Assembly (NCBI GenBank): GCA_051294905.1
Contig: CM119371.1
Span: 38,008,001-38,072,000, forward strand
Reading direction: 5' to 3'
Length of the DNA: 64,000 nt
Source of the DNA: Botryllus schlosseri
Taxonomy: Eukaryota
Shown here piece by piece: positions 12,601 through 26,595 of the stretch. How positions within the stretch are numbered: position 1 is the first letter of the stretch; each line of letters begins with the position of its first letter. The translations under genes and the position numbers were made by a program. The notes beneath the pieces were generated by a model. That model was not told where the DNA came from, made no database searches, and saw nothing but the letters and a program-made list of their open reading frames with translations.

Positions 12601-14936
12601 TGATGAGCGATCTCGACGATTATCTTGCAAATAATTTTACATTAAGTATGTTTAGCCACAGGCAACATAATGAACGGTCCTGGCTCGTAACGCACAAGTA
12701 AAGGTATTTATAGATTTCATAGATTTCATCGCCACGACAGAAGTATAGATTCTAGAACAGAGAATCGAGAACTGTTCATTCCATACACCAAGCCAAATAT
12801 ATTTTAATGCACAGGACGCATTGCGCGTTCCTTGCTGCTTACTGAAGTATTGGATCCCTTCTGATGGTGCAGCGTGGGTCGAAGTTATGACGTTGGTCAG
12901 CTTTCAAGCCGCTCACAACAAAGGACAACGATTTACTTTCTTTAGTCATCTTACTCGCTGAACTGATTTCTGCGAATAAACGCAACTTCAGATCTGCAGC
13001 GCTGTCGATTTTCTGTCGATGACAATGGTGTTTGTATGTGCACTCCAAATCACAGCGATATAGGCTACCCGTCTAGTAACCGGTCGCATGGTTTTTCTAC
13101 CACATGCCGTTTACCATTAATTGTGCGGGCCACTTGAGTATCAACAACCTTTTTTCTGTTAATGTTTATCTGCATACAGCGCAACTAAATCTGATGACTG
13201 AAGACAGCACAATCGCTTCACGCTTGAAGTGATCGCAAACCTGGCAAACAGGACGTAAGAAACGCTACCGTGAGACACGTGATAATCATTTACATTTTAA
13301 TTGGTTAATATCGCTGACGCCAATCTGTCCGGCCGACGATGGAATGAATAACAATCAGTCTTATGAATTCGAGAGCGATCAGTTTTTGTACATCAAAGAT
13401 GCCGCCTCACTGTAGTGTTAAGACGGGTGCGTTCACTTCTCTCCTGCGCTGTCTTCGCCTGGTTCGGCATTGAATATGCACCAGTGTTTCTCAAACTGGG
13501 GTCCGCGGTCCTTTTGGGGTCCGCGAGACAATTATTTAGGACCGCGAAGCACGTCCCAAAAAATTCAAACTGTCCAGATTTTTTTTTTGGGGGGGGGAGG
13601 ATCATAGAAAATTTCAGGTAACTTATTTTTAAACCAAATTCGGTGGTAGCTCGACATTGTATCGTTAATCAACATAAAGTAAAGTGTTTTGGTGAAGAAT
13701 TATTCAATTTAAAATTTGAGTCGCGCTTCGCGTGCTCTAGAGTCTAGTGTCACTGCATTTCTTGATTTTAATGAGCGTATCTACAGTTTTTTCACGGTTT
13801 GGTCTAGGTGGCCGCTAAGTAGCTTTAAGACACCGCAAACTTCATATAATGCCAGAAATGTTCTCCCACCTAAGAGAAGCTTCGGTTAAGTTACGCCAAA
13901 AGCAATTGTTAAAACTAAACGTCAGGTTGAGTAAATACGTTTATGACATCATAAGCTTCATAATATCCAGTTGAAGTCAGAGAAGAGTCCAGAAGGAATA
14001 GAATTACCTCGAAACTAGGTTTCGCAAGAAAAGCTATTATTATGTTATTTCTGTAGTATTATCACCGAGCTTTTAGTTGTAAGACTGACTATACTTAGAC
14101 AGGCACCTTTACAAGCCGAACTCGAAGTGTATTCCTTCAGCAGAACACATGCATGTCTGTTATCAAAACAATACAGGAACCCATCGCTGGGCTCAATCAA
14201 GCATATCATAACACCACAATTTCTGATTTCAAAGGTTACTTTAGGACAGGGGCGGGCAACATACAGCCCGCGGGCCGGATCCGGCCCGCGAAGGGATTTT
14301 GACCTGCCCGCCAAGAGTTTTTACTCTGAAAGTGAAATTTTATTCTGAAAGTATTGACAAATTTTATGCGTCACATAATGAATCCAAGTTTGCCAACCTG
14401 AGAAAGATGGACATTAAACTACTTGCTCTGTTCGGGTCTACAAACATTTTCGACCATAAACCAGTATTGGGATGACTCGAGTCACCTGGGGAAAATGACT
14501 TGACTTGACTTGACTCGACGCTTCAGAAATGCAGACTGACTCGTGACTCGAAGCAAAATTTACGAGTCAATTTCAAGTCATCAAGTAATCGACGTCGACT
14601 AAATCGCTGTATCTTGAATAAGTTCGGATTGCCAACCAATGAATCAATGATTGTACGTCTTACCGAATCTCCATTGTTATATCACAAATAAATTGATCGC
14701 AAACGCAGTGATCGGTGCTTATACAACAGCTTACGTTATCGTAAACTTGCTTACCTCAACCAACCCTCTTGTACATAATTTAAATCAAACGAATATCGCT
14801 CATACGTTTATAATTGTATATCATGGATATGAAGGTGGGTAGGGTATCGAACTATATCATTTTTAAACTTTCTGAGGTTTCGTATGTTATCCTGTATTTT
14901 GGCTGTTATTTATAGACTGAGGCTATACCTCTATAC

Positions 14937-16440
14937 CAGTGGTTCCCAAACGGTGGGGAATTCCCCACTGGTGGGGAATTCAATGGTTTCCGGTGGGGAA
15001 TAGACGTATTTGTTCAAAATTATATACAGGACAGTCTACATATTCACGGAGACAAATGCGCAATTACCGTTACCAGTTACTGCTCTGGAATGTATATATC
15101 GAAAATTATATTGCGTAATGTTCACAAAACCTCATTTTTAACTCTGGATGACCAATGATGGCGTCACAACACAATCGCATCTAGCACGACTAGTTTGACG
15201 CGCAATAACGCTATCGCGAAATTTTGAGCGTTACTGGTTACTGGTATCGGTTCATATACGTTTTATGTTGCAGTTATAGGCGATTGTCTTGCGACTGGTG
15301 TGGTTGTGTGTCTTGTGTAGTCAAACCAGCAAATAGCTGCTCTGTGATGACAAAAGTGTTGGGTAAAGTGGGGAACAGGACCGTAACTGCCGCACCCAAA
15401 CCCCCCAATTGGGGGGGGTGAGCTCAAAGGGGCCCAAAATTATTTCGTGAATAAACATAAATTATAGAGTATTTTTTTTGAAATTTATGCCACTTTTTCA
15501 AAAAATTTTCGCGCTAGGTGCGCGATTTAATATTGCCGAATATCTTGATTATTGGGTACCCTTTCCCCACGAAAATACGTAGAATTTATAGAAATGGAGA
15601 CTTCGGCGTCGGCCATCACTGAGCCCCGACGCACCAAGACATATGAAGTTATAGGCCATGTAACATGCGGCTCCGAGAAGTGTGCCAGAACGATCAGCAG
15701 CGAGAAGACCTTGCCCGAGAAGGAATGCGCTTGTGTTGACCGAAAACTTCGATATATATACAATATACTTATATGTTTAATTGTCCATAGGCGGCTAAAT
15801 GGTCTGCGCCGAATGTTCCTGTCCTGGCGATCTGAACCCCACAGGACAAATGCCATCACGCAGGGAAAAATTATTTGCCAAAGCAATACCGATTTGAAAT
15901 CGTGTGTGCTTTTTAGTTTTGACGATTTCCATATCTTTTGACAAAGCAGATATAGGAGGTCATGAAATAGCATAATGCATCGAAGTCAATATATACCAAC
16001 GGGTCCGCCCGAAGATGTTTAATTATTATTTAGGGGTCCTACCTTTCCAACACACCTCACTCAGCTCTACCGGTAAATCTGATTACGTGAGAATAGAGAG
16101 GGGATAAAAATTTGACAGCAAAATATATGCAATTCCCGATCATATTGACCGATTCAAACGTAAATTATATAAATTTTTCGCTCTTCGCGCGTTCAGTCGA
16201 AATAAGGCGACGCACAAAACAGTAGACCCAATGTAGATGATAAGTAGCGGGGGAAAAGTGTACAGGCTCAGGGAGCTGAGGGGGAAGCCCCCCAGAAGTT
16301 GGGTTTATCACCCTGTGGGGGCCCAAGACCAACGTTTTTTGGAGGGGGGCTGACGAAGTGCTGTTACGGTCCTGGTGGGGAACGAAGACTCGGAATAAAT
16401 CTGAAGTGGGGAATGAAGACAAAAAGGTTGGGAACCACTG
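14937..16440. mobile_element. hAT MITE (nest layer 3)
   Basis: TIR cagtggttcccaa / ttgggaaccactg. TSD CTCTATAC. Confidence 0.9.
15376..16374. mobile_element. hAT MITE (nest layer 4)
   Basis: TIR caggaccgtaac / gttacggtcctg. TSD GTGGGGAA. Relatives end at ~1331 and ~8466. Confidence 0.9.
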
Positions 16441-19400
16441 CTCTATACTGTCGTAGTTGAGCAGTTCTACGTACGCGTGAGCGATACAGCGCCTTTTGTG
16501 CGCATAATCAAATCTTTATTCGTTCCTCGATTCAGAATAAATGGGTACTCCATCTGTATTTAAAACAGTTAGCAAAATGTAATGACTTTGAATCGTGTCT
16601 AGTACTTTGAAATTTCAACTTTACTGGAATCGTGACTTGACTTGACACGACTTAACTCGAGTCACCTTTAAATATCGAGTGACTTGACTTGACTCACTCG
16701 AGTCAAAATGTGCAATGACTCGAGATGACTTATGAATCGAAGGTAGTTACATTACCGAGGAAGGCTGCGTTCCAATATAACTGATGTTCGTATGCAGTCT
16801 TTACTAAGGGTTTCCGCATACGACATGCAACCAGAGTTCAAAAAACTAGTTGACAATATTGAACGACCACAGACATCTGATTGACTTCAATAGCTGTTGT
16901 AAATAAATTCATTGGATACTGTTTTTGGTCTCTATGCTTTAAACTTAAAGTTTACATTAAATACAATTGATTCCTTGTATAGGTGGATAAATACGCGATT
17001 AAGGCATAATGCATATAATCTGTAATCCGGCCCGCCAAGTGCTTCATTTTCCCATATCTGGCCCGCCGATCGGAGAAGTTGCCCGCCCCTGCTTTAGGAC
17101 AAACATGAATCTCTCAAGATGCGGTATAAACCTAGGCAATTTAAACTACATACAATCAACGCAACATAAAATGAATTATTCGACAAAACACAGCTTAAAT
17201 GATTGTAACAGCGACCAAACAGCCTGCCCAACACCGCCGCCAAACAAGTTTGCTGCGCATTCAAGCAAAGTGTGATTGTTGACACTTCTGCTCGTTGTGT
17301 TTCCACACGTAAAAACTGATCATCATGCGCCATAAATCAGAAATATACATTGACGAGTATCGAAGGTGCACTTCTTTCGTAAATAACTCTTTGATTCAGC
17401 TGTTAGCCGTACCTCCACTTATTCTATGTTCGTATTATCGACAAGACATAGCGAGAAACAATCATTACTTTCCTATATACTGTTGGTGCAAGTGGCGCTA
17501 GGCAAAATCGAGTACCTGAGTGATTCTGAATCACGTAATGTGCTTCGAGTCGAGTCGAGTAATCGAGTATCTCTCATTATGACGTCATAACGGAATGTGA
17601 TATGTGAAAGTTCAAATATGTACCTTTTACGCGACGACAAAGAATAGAATGCATTTTATCCATCACATTAAAGATACTTTGGTATTTTTTCGACAATACC
17701 GATTTCATTGCACTTGGTGACGATGTTGTGGGATGATCATGACTTCGAAAATGTGCTCATTCCAGTAAAGTTCGTAGCTTTGTACTATATGTTTCGTATG
17801 CTACGATACGGTCAATCAAGGTTTCAAGACTTCACCAGTGAACATTAGTATCGAAACTAAAATTCTCGTTGATAAATTAACTTTCAGTGGCGAGGAGCGT
17901 TTAATTTCAGTACTCAAAAAATCTTCTTTTACTACTCGATTCAGATTTGAATACTCGAATCATTGTGCCCATAGCCCTGGTTGCAAGTCTAAATTTTGGG
18001 AAACCGCTGGAGAAATTTCGGGGACCGTTTCGGTCCCCAAAACACCTTACAGAAAATAAGTCTACCGATATTCTCAATTGTGAGAGCATCGCTTGAGGCC
18101 GTTGAAATACTTTGGTCCAGCGGTGCACAATTGCGGGTGCGTCGATCATCGGTATCGGCGCTGACCCTTTCCGCGCCAGAATACACCTAGACATGTGAAG
18201 TGCGCGGCCAATAGGATCATGCTATCATGGTATGTCGCCTAGACCAAAATTTTATTGTAGTTCAAATTGCTCAAGGACACTGCTTCTAACGCATATATCC
18301 TATGCCGACCTCTACAAATATGAGCTATGAAATGCAAATGAGGGAAAAGAACCCAACTCCACACCTTTGAAGATTATTTGCACCGATTTGTTTCTCCATC
18401 CAGAACAATTGGTATGATATATTAAAGTTTGGTTTGAGCTCGAAATTGGGGTCTACAATGTACTGTAGCTAACTCCTCAATAATTCCACACGCGGTAATC
18501 TCCCATAATGGATTGGCCGCGAATTTCCAATTGGAATATACCCTGAAATCGAATCACTAGATTATGTCCACTATAGCTCAGCCAAGCTTTGAAAACTGGA
18601 AATATTCACGGCTCAGTAAATTTGTTAGATAAATATCGAGAAATTCGACTCAATAACAATGTAGAGAATATGTACGCCAAAGAGGCGACATCGTTTCTCG
18701 CAACTACAACGTCCTGCCGAATCGCTGTTTTGATAACATTCAAGGCTGTTTAGAAGCAGATCGAGTAAAATCATGCAACACAGTTTCCTTAAAACGCCAT
18801 CGCAACTCGATGCGCAGTGAATAAGCGTTCACCCTGCTCCTATAAGTCGCCACGCCATGATGTCGAGTCGACAATATGTACATGCGATAATATGTATAAT
18901 AATATATATTTTACATATGTATATCATTGCGTACACGATAGCTCCTACGTAGCGATAGCGCCTACGTAGAATGGTGGTGGTATCAAGTGGGCGGCACCGC
19001 CAATCTGAATGGAAACTTGAAAAATAAAAAAGGGATTATTAGGTTGGGTGCTTCCGCCACACTGCTGCGCTGCTCGATGTGGGGTAGGTTCCTCCTACAC
19101 CTGTGCTGCTCGGAGATGAAAATTGGCCGAATATTATGAAAAGAAGGATCGACTTCAGAATGCGAAATCTCAAAAAAACTCAGTGTTGTTTTCTATGCTG
19201 ACTTGCTTGAAATTGTCTCACCGTGACAGCCATATTCTTTGCCCCGGCTGGGCTCATAATAACCTTCACTATTCGTATGCTTCTCACAACAACAAATCGT
19301 ACGATAAACTTTATTTATTTATCTTCATTCATCTTACTCGGCGAAATTAGGGTAATTTCCAAGTCGCCCCCGTTCTGTAAGGCAACATGATGGCTTATGT

Positions 19401-21020
19401 GTTTGAGCTCGTCGACCTTTCTTGTTAGGCTTTTCAATCTCTTGAATTATAGTCAGTTCTGTAGATTGTTATTCAGGTCAAGTGCGAACATGAATCGTGT
19501 TCAATCATTGCTACGTAGGCTACACTGCCTCAGGAGCAGGGGCGGGCAACGTACGGCCCGCAAACCCGACCCGGCCCGCAACGGGATATTGAGTGGTCCG
19601 CAGACAGTTTGTAGTCTTATATGATAGTGTGGCCCGTGGCTATGAGTCTGCCGCAATCCCCCACTACTTGCTGTTACTATTACTGTTTTTGAAGATAAAA
19701 AGGAAAGATACAGAACATCCTCAACTCAGAAATTCCGAATGACTTTCAGATCGGGCGTTTTTAGTTGATGTCTTTGAACAGATGAATTGAACACCAGACG
19801 TCAAGGGAAGGTTACGAAATGCTCTCAGCGGCGAAGGCATTCAAGGTGAAGCTAACACTGTTTTCTCGACAGCTCAAGTCAGAATATTCCGACAAATTTT
19901 CCAACGCTCTAAATCAGGGGTGTCAAACATACGGCCCGCGGGCCGCATCCGACCGCCACTCGATTTCATCCGGCCCGCGAAGCAATTCTGAGTAGATCGA
20001 AAAAATTGCCTGTATTATTCAGCACATCTCTAACAATTATTGTGATTTTTAGAATATGCTACATCCATCAAATAATCCCTCAAGACAGCAAATGTCATTA
20101 TAACCATCTGACACCTAATCCCAGGAAGGCTCAAAAGTGCACACTGCGTTCAGAGTTTTGTTGAAAAATTGACCAAAACGTAGTTAGTCACAGAAGCGAA
20201 AACTTCAATGCGAAACCGTGATATGCAGGTTACATGAGAAATATACTAGTCACACAAAAACAGACTTCAAATATCTGTGGTCGCACTGCTGCATGATTTC
20301 TGACTTCTGAAAAAGATTCGGCCTTCAGATAAACCCGAATCTCGAATAAATGATAATGGAGCTATCCCTACGCCCGCATTCACTGATAAATCTATTGTAT
20401 ACCTCTTAACGCATACGCAGAATTACCGCCATGATACGACCAAAACAAAGGAAGCATAGACATATCTCAGCTTATATCGTCGTTATAGGGCCACTTTTTA
20501 GCCGTTTATACCTGTATTCAACCGGTTATTAATCGCATTTTTGCCAATTCCATTGTTCGCGAATAAAGTTGTTGCTAGGATAGTATACCCTGTGTTCCGT
20601 AATGTTATGTAATTTACTATTGTATATATAGGCTTTTAATAAAGTATGCAAGTGCAAAACAAGGTCATGGATTTTCAGGCAACATTTTGAAATAGGGCCT
20701 ACATTTGACTGATCCGGCCGCGAGCGATATGAAGGTTTGAATCCGGCCCGCGGCGCCAGTTGAGTTTGACACCCTTGCTCTGTCACCACAATGATGACAG
20801 CCGAGAAGGACACCAATTTGATACCTGCATCAGACAATGAATTTTGTCATCGTTTTGTGGATTTTAAGAAACTTTCTTCTGAGTTTATTATCGCAAACTT
20901 AACTTACAGTTTACATTTAATACGATTTATTCTTTGTACAGGTGAACAAATAGGCGAATAATGTATCGATTCAGGAATCCGGCCCGGGCCTACCGAGTAG
21001 ACCTACTTCATTTTTCCATA

Positions 21021-22000
21021 TATATATATATCGACTTTCAATTAAATATTTGAATAAAAGGGCAAAAGAAAACAGGAAACAGAAGAACATCAAGATAATC
21101 CGTTTTAGGCCCTTGTTAAGCGCCTTCAGCGTGGGCGGTCGTGGGCGTCTTCGAGCGAAAGCCCGCGTTGCGCTAGCTCGGTCTCTATTGTCGAGCGCCA
21201 TGTGGTTCTATTCCAGCCACCTCTGCGCCATGGCTCCGTCGGAATGTGGTTGATGATGGCGGCGGCTGGTTGGTCGTCTTGATGCCGCACTAGATGACCG
21301 ATTAGGCGGAAGCGTCGTTCAGCAGCCAGCAAACGGCATGGGACCGTTTTTGTAAGTTTGCGCAGAGCATTGGTGGATATGTGCTCCGGGTGGTGGATGC
21401 CGAGTGCGTAGCGGAGGAGTGCATCGTAGTTGGCGATGAGTGTATTAGCCAACTTTTCTGTCAGCGTGAGTGCTTCTATTCCGTAGAGAAGAACCTGCTC
21501 GACAGTGGCACGGAAAATGCGGGTCTTGAGCTGGGGTGAGGCATTTGAGTGGAAGAGGCAATGTAGCCGTCTTGCCGTGCCCCAGGCCTTTGCTCGCCTC
21601 GCCTTCAGTGCTTTTCCAGAGTCCGCGACGTCAATACCGAGGTATATAAAACTCTTGACATTCTTGAGCGTGACTTGTCCCAGTTGAATTGGTGTCGCGT
21701 TTTTCGACAGAGCTGGTATGGCCAGAACCTCAGTCTTCTTGGCATTGATCTGGAGGCCAAGAAGAGCGGCGGCGGCCTCTAGTTGGTTGATGAGGCGCTG
21801 TGCCGATGCGGTATTCGGGGAAAGCAAGGCGAGGGCGTCTGCGTAGGCAAGAATACCTACGTGGATAGCCTCGCGAGTCGTACGCGTACGCGTTCCTTGC
21901 CGTGGCCGCCATTCAAAGAAGTCCGAGTTGTCCGGGAAGGCCGTTCGTAGCACGAAGTCGAGGATTATCACGAACAAGAATGGTGTGAATGGTGTTCGTG
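21021..22000 (-). mobile_element. 5'-truncated non-LTR retrotransposon (RTE-like LINE)
   Basis: Contains an RT C-terminal ORF and a (TA)n 3' tail at ~21020-21031. Flanked by a ttttccatat repeat (~21012 and ~22002). Confidence 0.85.
21126..21977 (-). pseudogene. Reverse transcriptase C-terminal fragment (283 aa) with catalytic YADD changed to YADA
   Basis: FVIILDFVLR...LAYADALALL...GLQINAKKTEV...SFIYLG...KTRIFRATVEQVLLYGIE...RLIGHLVR are non-LTR RT C-terminal motifs of RTE type. Confidence 0.9.
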
Positions 22001-24818
22001 ATTTTCCATATCAGGCACGCTTGCTGGAGAAGTTGCCGCCCCTGCTTTAGAGTAAACATTAGAGGTGAAGAGACTCGGTACTTATTAGCCTAGAAAATGT
22101 ACATTGATCCTATCGTGCTTTAGATGGAAACGCACTCGCACTTTTTCTCCGGCGCATTTTGATCAAAATAAATAGCTGGCGTTTAGCAATGATAAGGAGA
22201 GATATGGCATTCTTTTTCACCTGGGCCATCAAGATGCTTTGACGACGGAGATGCGATACGGCCTTTTTATAGTAAGGCCATCTAGTCTGCACACCCGCTT
22301 TTTCTCCTCCATGCTATCCGTGATTGCTGAGCGCCTAGCAGGATGGCCGCGGATACCAGTCGTAGAGTTTTTGGTCTGACCCGACCGGGGATCGACGAGC
22401 ATGTCCACATTCAAGTCGAAATACAAGCAGTTTCTACTAAATTAATAGGCCTACTATAAGTCCGCCCTCGAGATTACCGGACCACGACCTGACCTATCGA
22501 TCCCGCCTTCCGTGACATGCTACTCCATTTTTTGTCGCTTGCTTATCTATACTATCTTCTTTTACTTTTCATTCAGTGTGTATGCCTCCTCTTAACATCG
22601 CCTACGCCCGCCAAAGTGGGTGTTTGATTCCAAAGAATACTCCAAGTCGTTTTGATACCTTCCTAACTTTTCATTGTATCGCAATTTTTGTGGTGTATCG
22701 AACTGATGAAAATTGCTGATAAACCGAACCGAATTAAGATACCCTGTCGAATTTGCAATACATGTCCGGTATGGTTGCTACCGTTCACCTTTAGTGTGTA
22801 CTCCTAAACTTGCTCTCTACGTCTACACCAAGCTTGGCTCGTTTCGCACTGCACATTTCTGCTATTGCATTTTCAGGAATACTGGAAATTATAGTAGAAT
22901 TTAAATTTACAGCATAGGAGCAATTCACAAATTAGATTAGAGTCCTATTACTGGCATTTCGCCCTAATTACTCTAATACCTGGAATTATCTAGTCTGTCC
23001 ACAATGTCATTCGTGCACTGCAAGGGTACAGTAGGACACTGTGTCAGTAAACTGAACTGTCCATCTAAAATCCTTGTCGAACGAAACACTCCTTCGACTT
23101 CCTGCAAACAATCACGTGCATTCATGATAATCACAATCCACTGTTCTATGATCGCCACCCTTTCAAGACATACGATGTGTGCGATGCGACACACGAGACA
23201 CGATGCGACGCAATGGCACGTTAATTCAGTGCGAAATTTATCGACCGCTGACAGCCTTGGCGATTTAGCGGCACGCGAGATCAAACACTGTTACATCGGA
23301 CGACAATAGATTATAATACCAATATCGGCTAAATTTGATGTTTGATTTTCATGTATGTGGAATCTAATAAAACAACCTTGAAAGCAAAAAAGAAAACCGC
23401 TGATTATGATGAGCTGATAGCTATCATTGTCGTATCCAGGAGGGACCGCATTTTTCGAAATTTTTCGTAAATTAATATACGATGGAGTATTTCTGAGCAG
23501 ATGTAGTCAACTTGAAATTGTTCGTCGCGCTTCGCGCAATATATCAGTTCAGTGTTTTTTTTAATTGTTGAATACTCGCCTCTCGATGATTCAAAATAAA
23601 AAATAGGCCTAAATTGCAATACGCATGATGTACAGAATTGAATCTACCTGTATTCGTGTGTGCTGCCCGCGGTTACGCGACTATATGGGCTCCAGCTTTT
23701 AGGCGTCAAAAAGACACACCAAAGAAAATAGGTCTTAGTCAACATGAAGTGCGATCGCAGGAATATCGCGGGCGATAGAACCTTGGCCGAAGATCACGCG
23801 AGATGGCCCTGTCCTTGCAATCTGAGTCCCGCGGTACATAGGCAATAAGTATTGTGCCCAGTGAATAAATGCAAATTGGGAATCGTTCGTATCTCATCAA
23901 AGATCTCTTTTAATTGGTTTTACTACGTGTGAGCGATCTTCTGAGTGACGACAACTTTTTCCGGAGGTCATGAAGTAGGAACATGCTTCAACTAACTAAG
24001 TGATTACAAATGGTCCGCCTGACGCTCACCCTCCAGAAACTCATGAATATTCTTACCATGACGTTAAAACATATAGCTCAATATGAATAATTACGAGCCT
24101 TCTAAATATTTGAAGACGCGGCTTCTATCAGCTTTGCCGCTAAATCTTATAATGATAACGTATACCGCCGTAACAGAGTCGCACCCCAAGCCCCCAATGG
24201 GGGGTGCGAGTTCGAATGGAAGTTCAAAATTTTGTCGCGAATAAACAAAAATTTATCGAGTGTGTTTTGGTAGAATCAATGAACTTGAAATTTTTCTTCA
24301 CGCGATTTATGATCGCACTACATCGCACTAAATTAATGAAGTTCAATATATAGAAAGAGGCAATTTTGCGCCTTCGTTGTATACATGTCCAATCGTCAGT
24401 TGTTCATGTACGTTCCTAAATGCTCGGCACCGAATAGTCATGTCTTAGCACTCTGGGAAAATGCCGCATACGTGATCAAATGTCAAAATGGAATCGCGTG
24501 TGTCTCACGAAAGAAGTTCTTCTTTTTGTTTAGTCTGGTATATTTGTTCTATTCCAATCAGGGTTGTAATGACTCGAGTCATGACTCGACTCGAATCAAA
24601 CTCGAGTCGCGATTTTTCGGTGACTCGACTTGACTCGAGTCATTTTCTTAAAAATGAAAAATGACTCGATTCGACTCGAGTCGTTTCGTGTATTGACTCG
24701 ACTTGTACTCGAGTCATAAGTCATATGATTCGAGACTGGGTCTACCAAGACAGCCGTTTCATTGTAATTTCGAAGAATAGTAAAGGTATCGCACTGTTAT
24801 GATTTCTTCTATCAGTAC

Positions 24819-26595
24819 TGTAATGAATTTAGAGTATATCTCTGTGAAGTATAATTCAGAAAGTAGCTGTCCAATATTAGGTTGTAAGCTGTCTGGTACC
24901 TAACTGAGAGACTGCTCCTTGGTTCACTGTCGTGATAGTTCTTCGTACGATTTATTGTCCATACACAGTTTATTCAAACGTCTGCATGTAGTAGGTTTAC
25001 ATGAATCTCGTTTCGAGTCTGCTAAACATACGCTTATATAGACTCGTGATCGTTGCAATAGGAAGTCATATTCGCATCCTAATATGGCGTGAAATACACA
25101 ATGTTGGAAAATATCATATACTCCCGCAATCAGGTGTATCCAGAGGTGATCAGTAACGAAGTACTTCTACTTTTTCGCAGTAGTCAAGTAGTTTTCCTCT
25201 ACTTCTGGTACTTACTCAAGTAGATCTGATATTCGCTACTTCTACTTCGTAATATTTTGTGATCTACTTACTTACTTTTCGCTATTTTCAGTTTGACAAG
25301 TAGATGTAGTTCAATCTTCCAGTCAGGAAGATAGCCTAAGGAATTTCGGGGATGTTTTCACGGAGTATCAACATTTTATTTTTATAAAAGTTTAGTGAAG
25401 CCCAGAATTTTCGTCGCGTTTCGCGCGCAGTGCTGGATACGGAGTGGCCAGTATGATTTGACGAAAGCATCGGTGAATATAATTTAGGTAGAGGGTTGGC
25501 GTGGTTCCGTTCACACCACATTGTCGCCCTTCCTCCATATCAAATAATTCATCACAGTATATATGGCTCATCATAACGTTTGAAACTGATGTTTCGCAAT
25601 CTTGAATTTACTTGTCATATCGTAATCTAGCATGTCCATGGCGTGTCCAAATCTGGAAAAGTGGAATCTGATTTTTTTTTTTTAGTTTTAGAGCTGTTTT
25701 AGCATACCACCTTTGAAACTTTCTGGACTAAAGAAATGAAATACATGTTCTTCTTTTAGAAGTAGTATTTATATTTCACTTTCAATTCCCAGTATCATAT
25801 ACTTTGAGTTATAATTATTATCAGTTCTTTTGTCTGGATAACATACATGTTGAAGTATAAAAGCAAGTGTAGTAATGCCTTCAATTTCTGGAAATAAAGC
25901 TACACAATATGGCATTTTTACGGTCCACCATATTTTTTATTAACGTTTACTAATCGCGCAACGTGTTTACACCTTATCCTATACAACTTCTCCGTATTGC
26001 TCTTCGACTAAACCGCGGGCCTTACAATATGGGGGATGGCGCCATACCATGCTATTTTCTAAAACGTGCTGTTCGAGAAAACAGAGGATTAGCATCGCAT
26101 TTCAATATCAATACTATAATGTTCTTCCCATGATGTGGACGAATACTGATGCTATCGAAAATTGGATACCTGCTGATATGCATCAATATGAATCAAGCTC
26201 GTCACCTATCGCATAGCTCAATTTTCACCTTTTTACAATCCATGTGAACAAATTTGAATCGTTTTCATAACTACTTACTTACTTGAGTACTTTTAAAGTC
26301 AGTCAATTCTACTTCTACTTCAAATAGTTTTAGGTTGCTTATGGAAGAAGTACTTCTACTCGTACTTAAGTAGATTTTTTCTTCGCTACTTCTACTTCTA
26401 CTTGAGTAGATTTATTGACTACTTTGACCACCTCTGGGTGTATCACATCTGTATCACAGCTGTATCATAGCTGTATCAGCGGTATAAGTTGCCACAGCTT
26501 GGCAGCGGAAGCCTTTGATCGAATGAAACCAGATCGAATGATATCTGCTTGCGGTTAGTAGGTTTGGAGGTTGTCTATTACCATATACTCCCGCA
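24819..26595 (-). mobile_element. Diverged solo LTR related to the 35297 LTR, split by MITE 25141-26436
   Basis: TG...CA ends, TSD GTAC (24815-24818, 26596-26599). 25000-25140 and 26437-26550 match the reverse complement of ~35445-35700. Confidence 0.78.
25141..26436. mobile_element. hAT MITE with (CTACTT)n subterminal repeats
   Basis: TIR cagaggtg / cacctctg. Perfect TSD GGTGTATC. Confidence 0.88.

Larger units (their letters stand above)
14462..16747. mobile_element. GACTC-repeat MITE, family of 44689-45654, one end truncated (nest layer 2)
   Basis: Starts cagtattgggatgactcgagtc. Homologous to the reverse complement of 44689-45654. Confidence 0.7.
14247..17091 (+). mobile_element. hAT non-autonomous element, outer layer of a 4-level nest
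   Basis: TIR caggggcgggcaac / gttgcccgcccctg. Perfect TSD CTTTAGGA. Confidence 0.9.
559..18809 (+). repeat. Segmental duplication copy A; may extend further toward 26007 but its partner leaves the window
   Basis: Colinear with 26008-30583 and 53310-64000. Identical ORF sets at offsets ~21.4 kb and ~44.1-45.2 kb. Confidence 0.93.
19537..22044 (+). mobile_element. Older hAT element (caggggcgggcaac family) hosting a MITE (19915-20777) and a LINE fragment
   Basis: TIR-like ends caggggcgggcaac / gttgccgcccctg. TSD degenerate. Nested caggggtgtcaaac...gtttgacacccttg. Confidence 0.65.

Noticed and set aside
8990..13050. Exon-like segments on the minus strand (~12950-12843, ~10275-10183, ~9219-9135, the last spanning the Maverick target site)
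   Set aside because: Splice-like signals are present, but I could not assemble a phase-consistent open model.
15527..15973. 148-aa and 129-aa antiparallel ORFs (duplicated at ~60709-61179)
   Set aside because: They lie inside a MITE and show no protein family features; probably chance ORFs.
17800..18200. Overlapping 64-95 aa ORFs (duplicated at ~63000-63390)
   Set aside because: No domain recognised and the frames are interrupted by stops.
22110..23840. Possible minus-strand exons (e.g. 23101-22980, EVEGVFRSTRILDGQF...)
   Set aside because: Single exon-like pieces with no consistent joining or recognisable homology.
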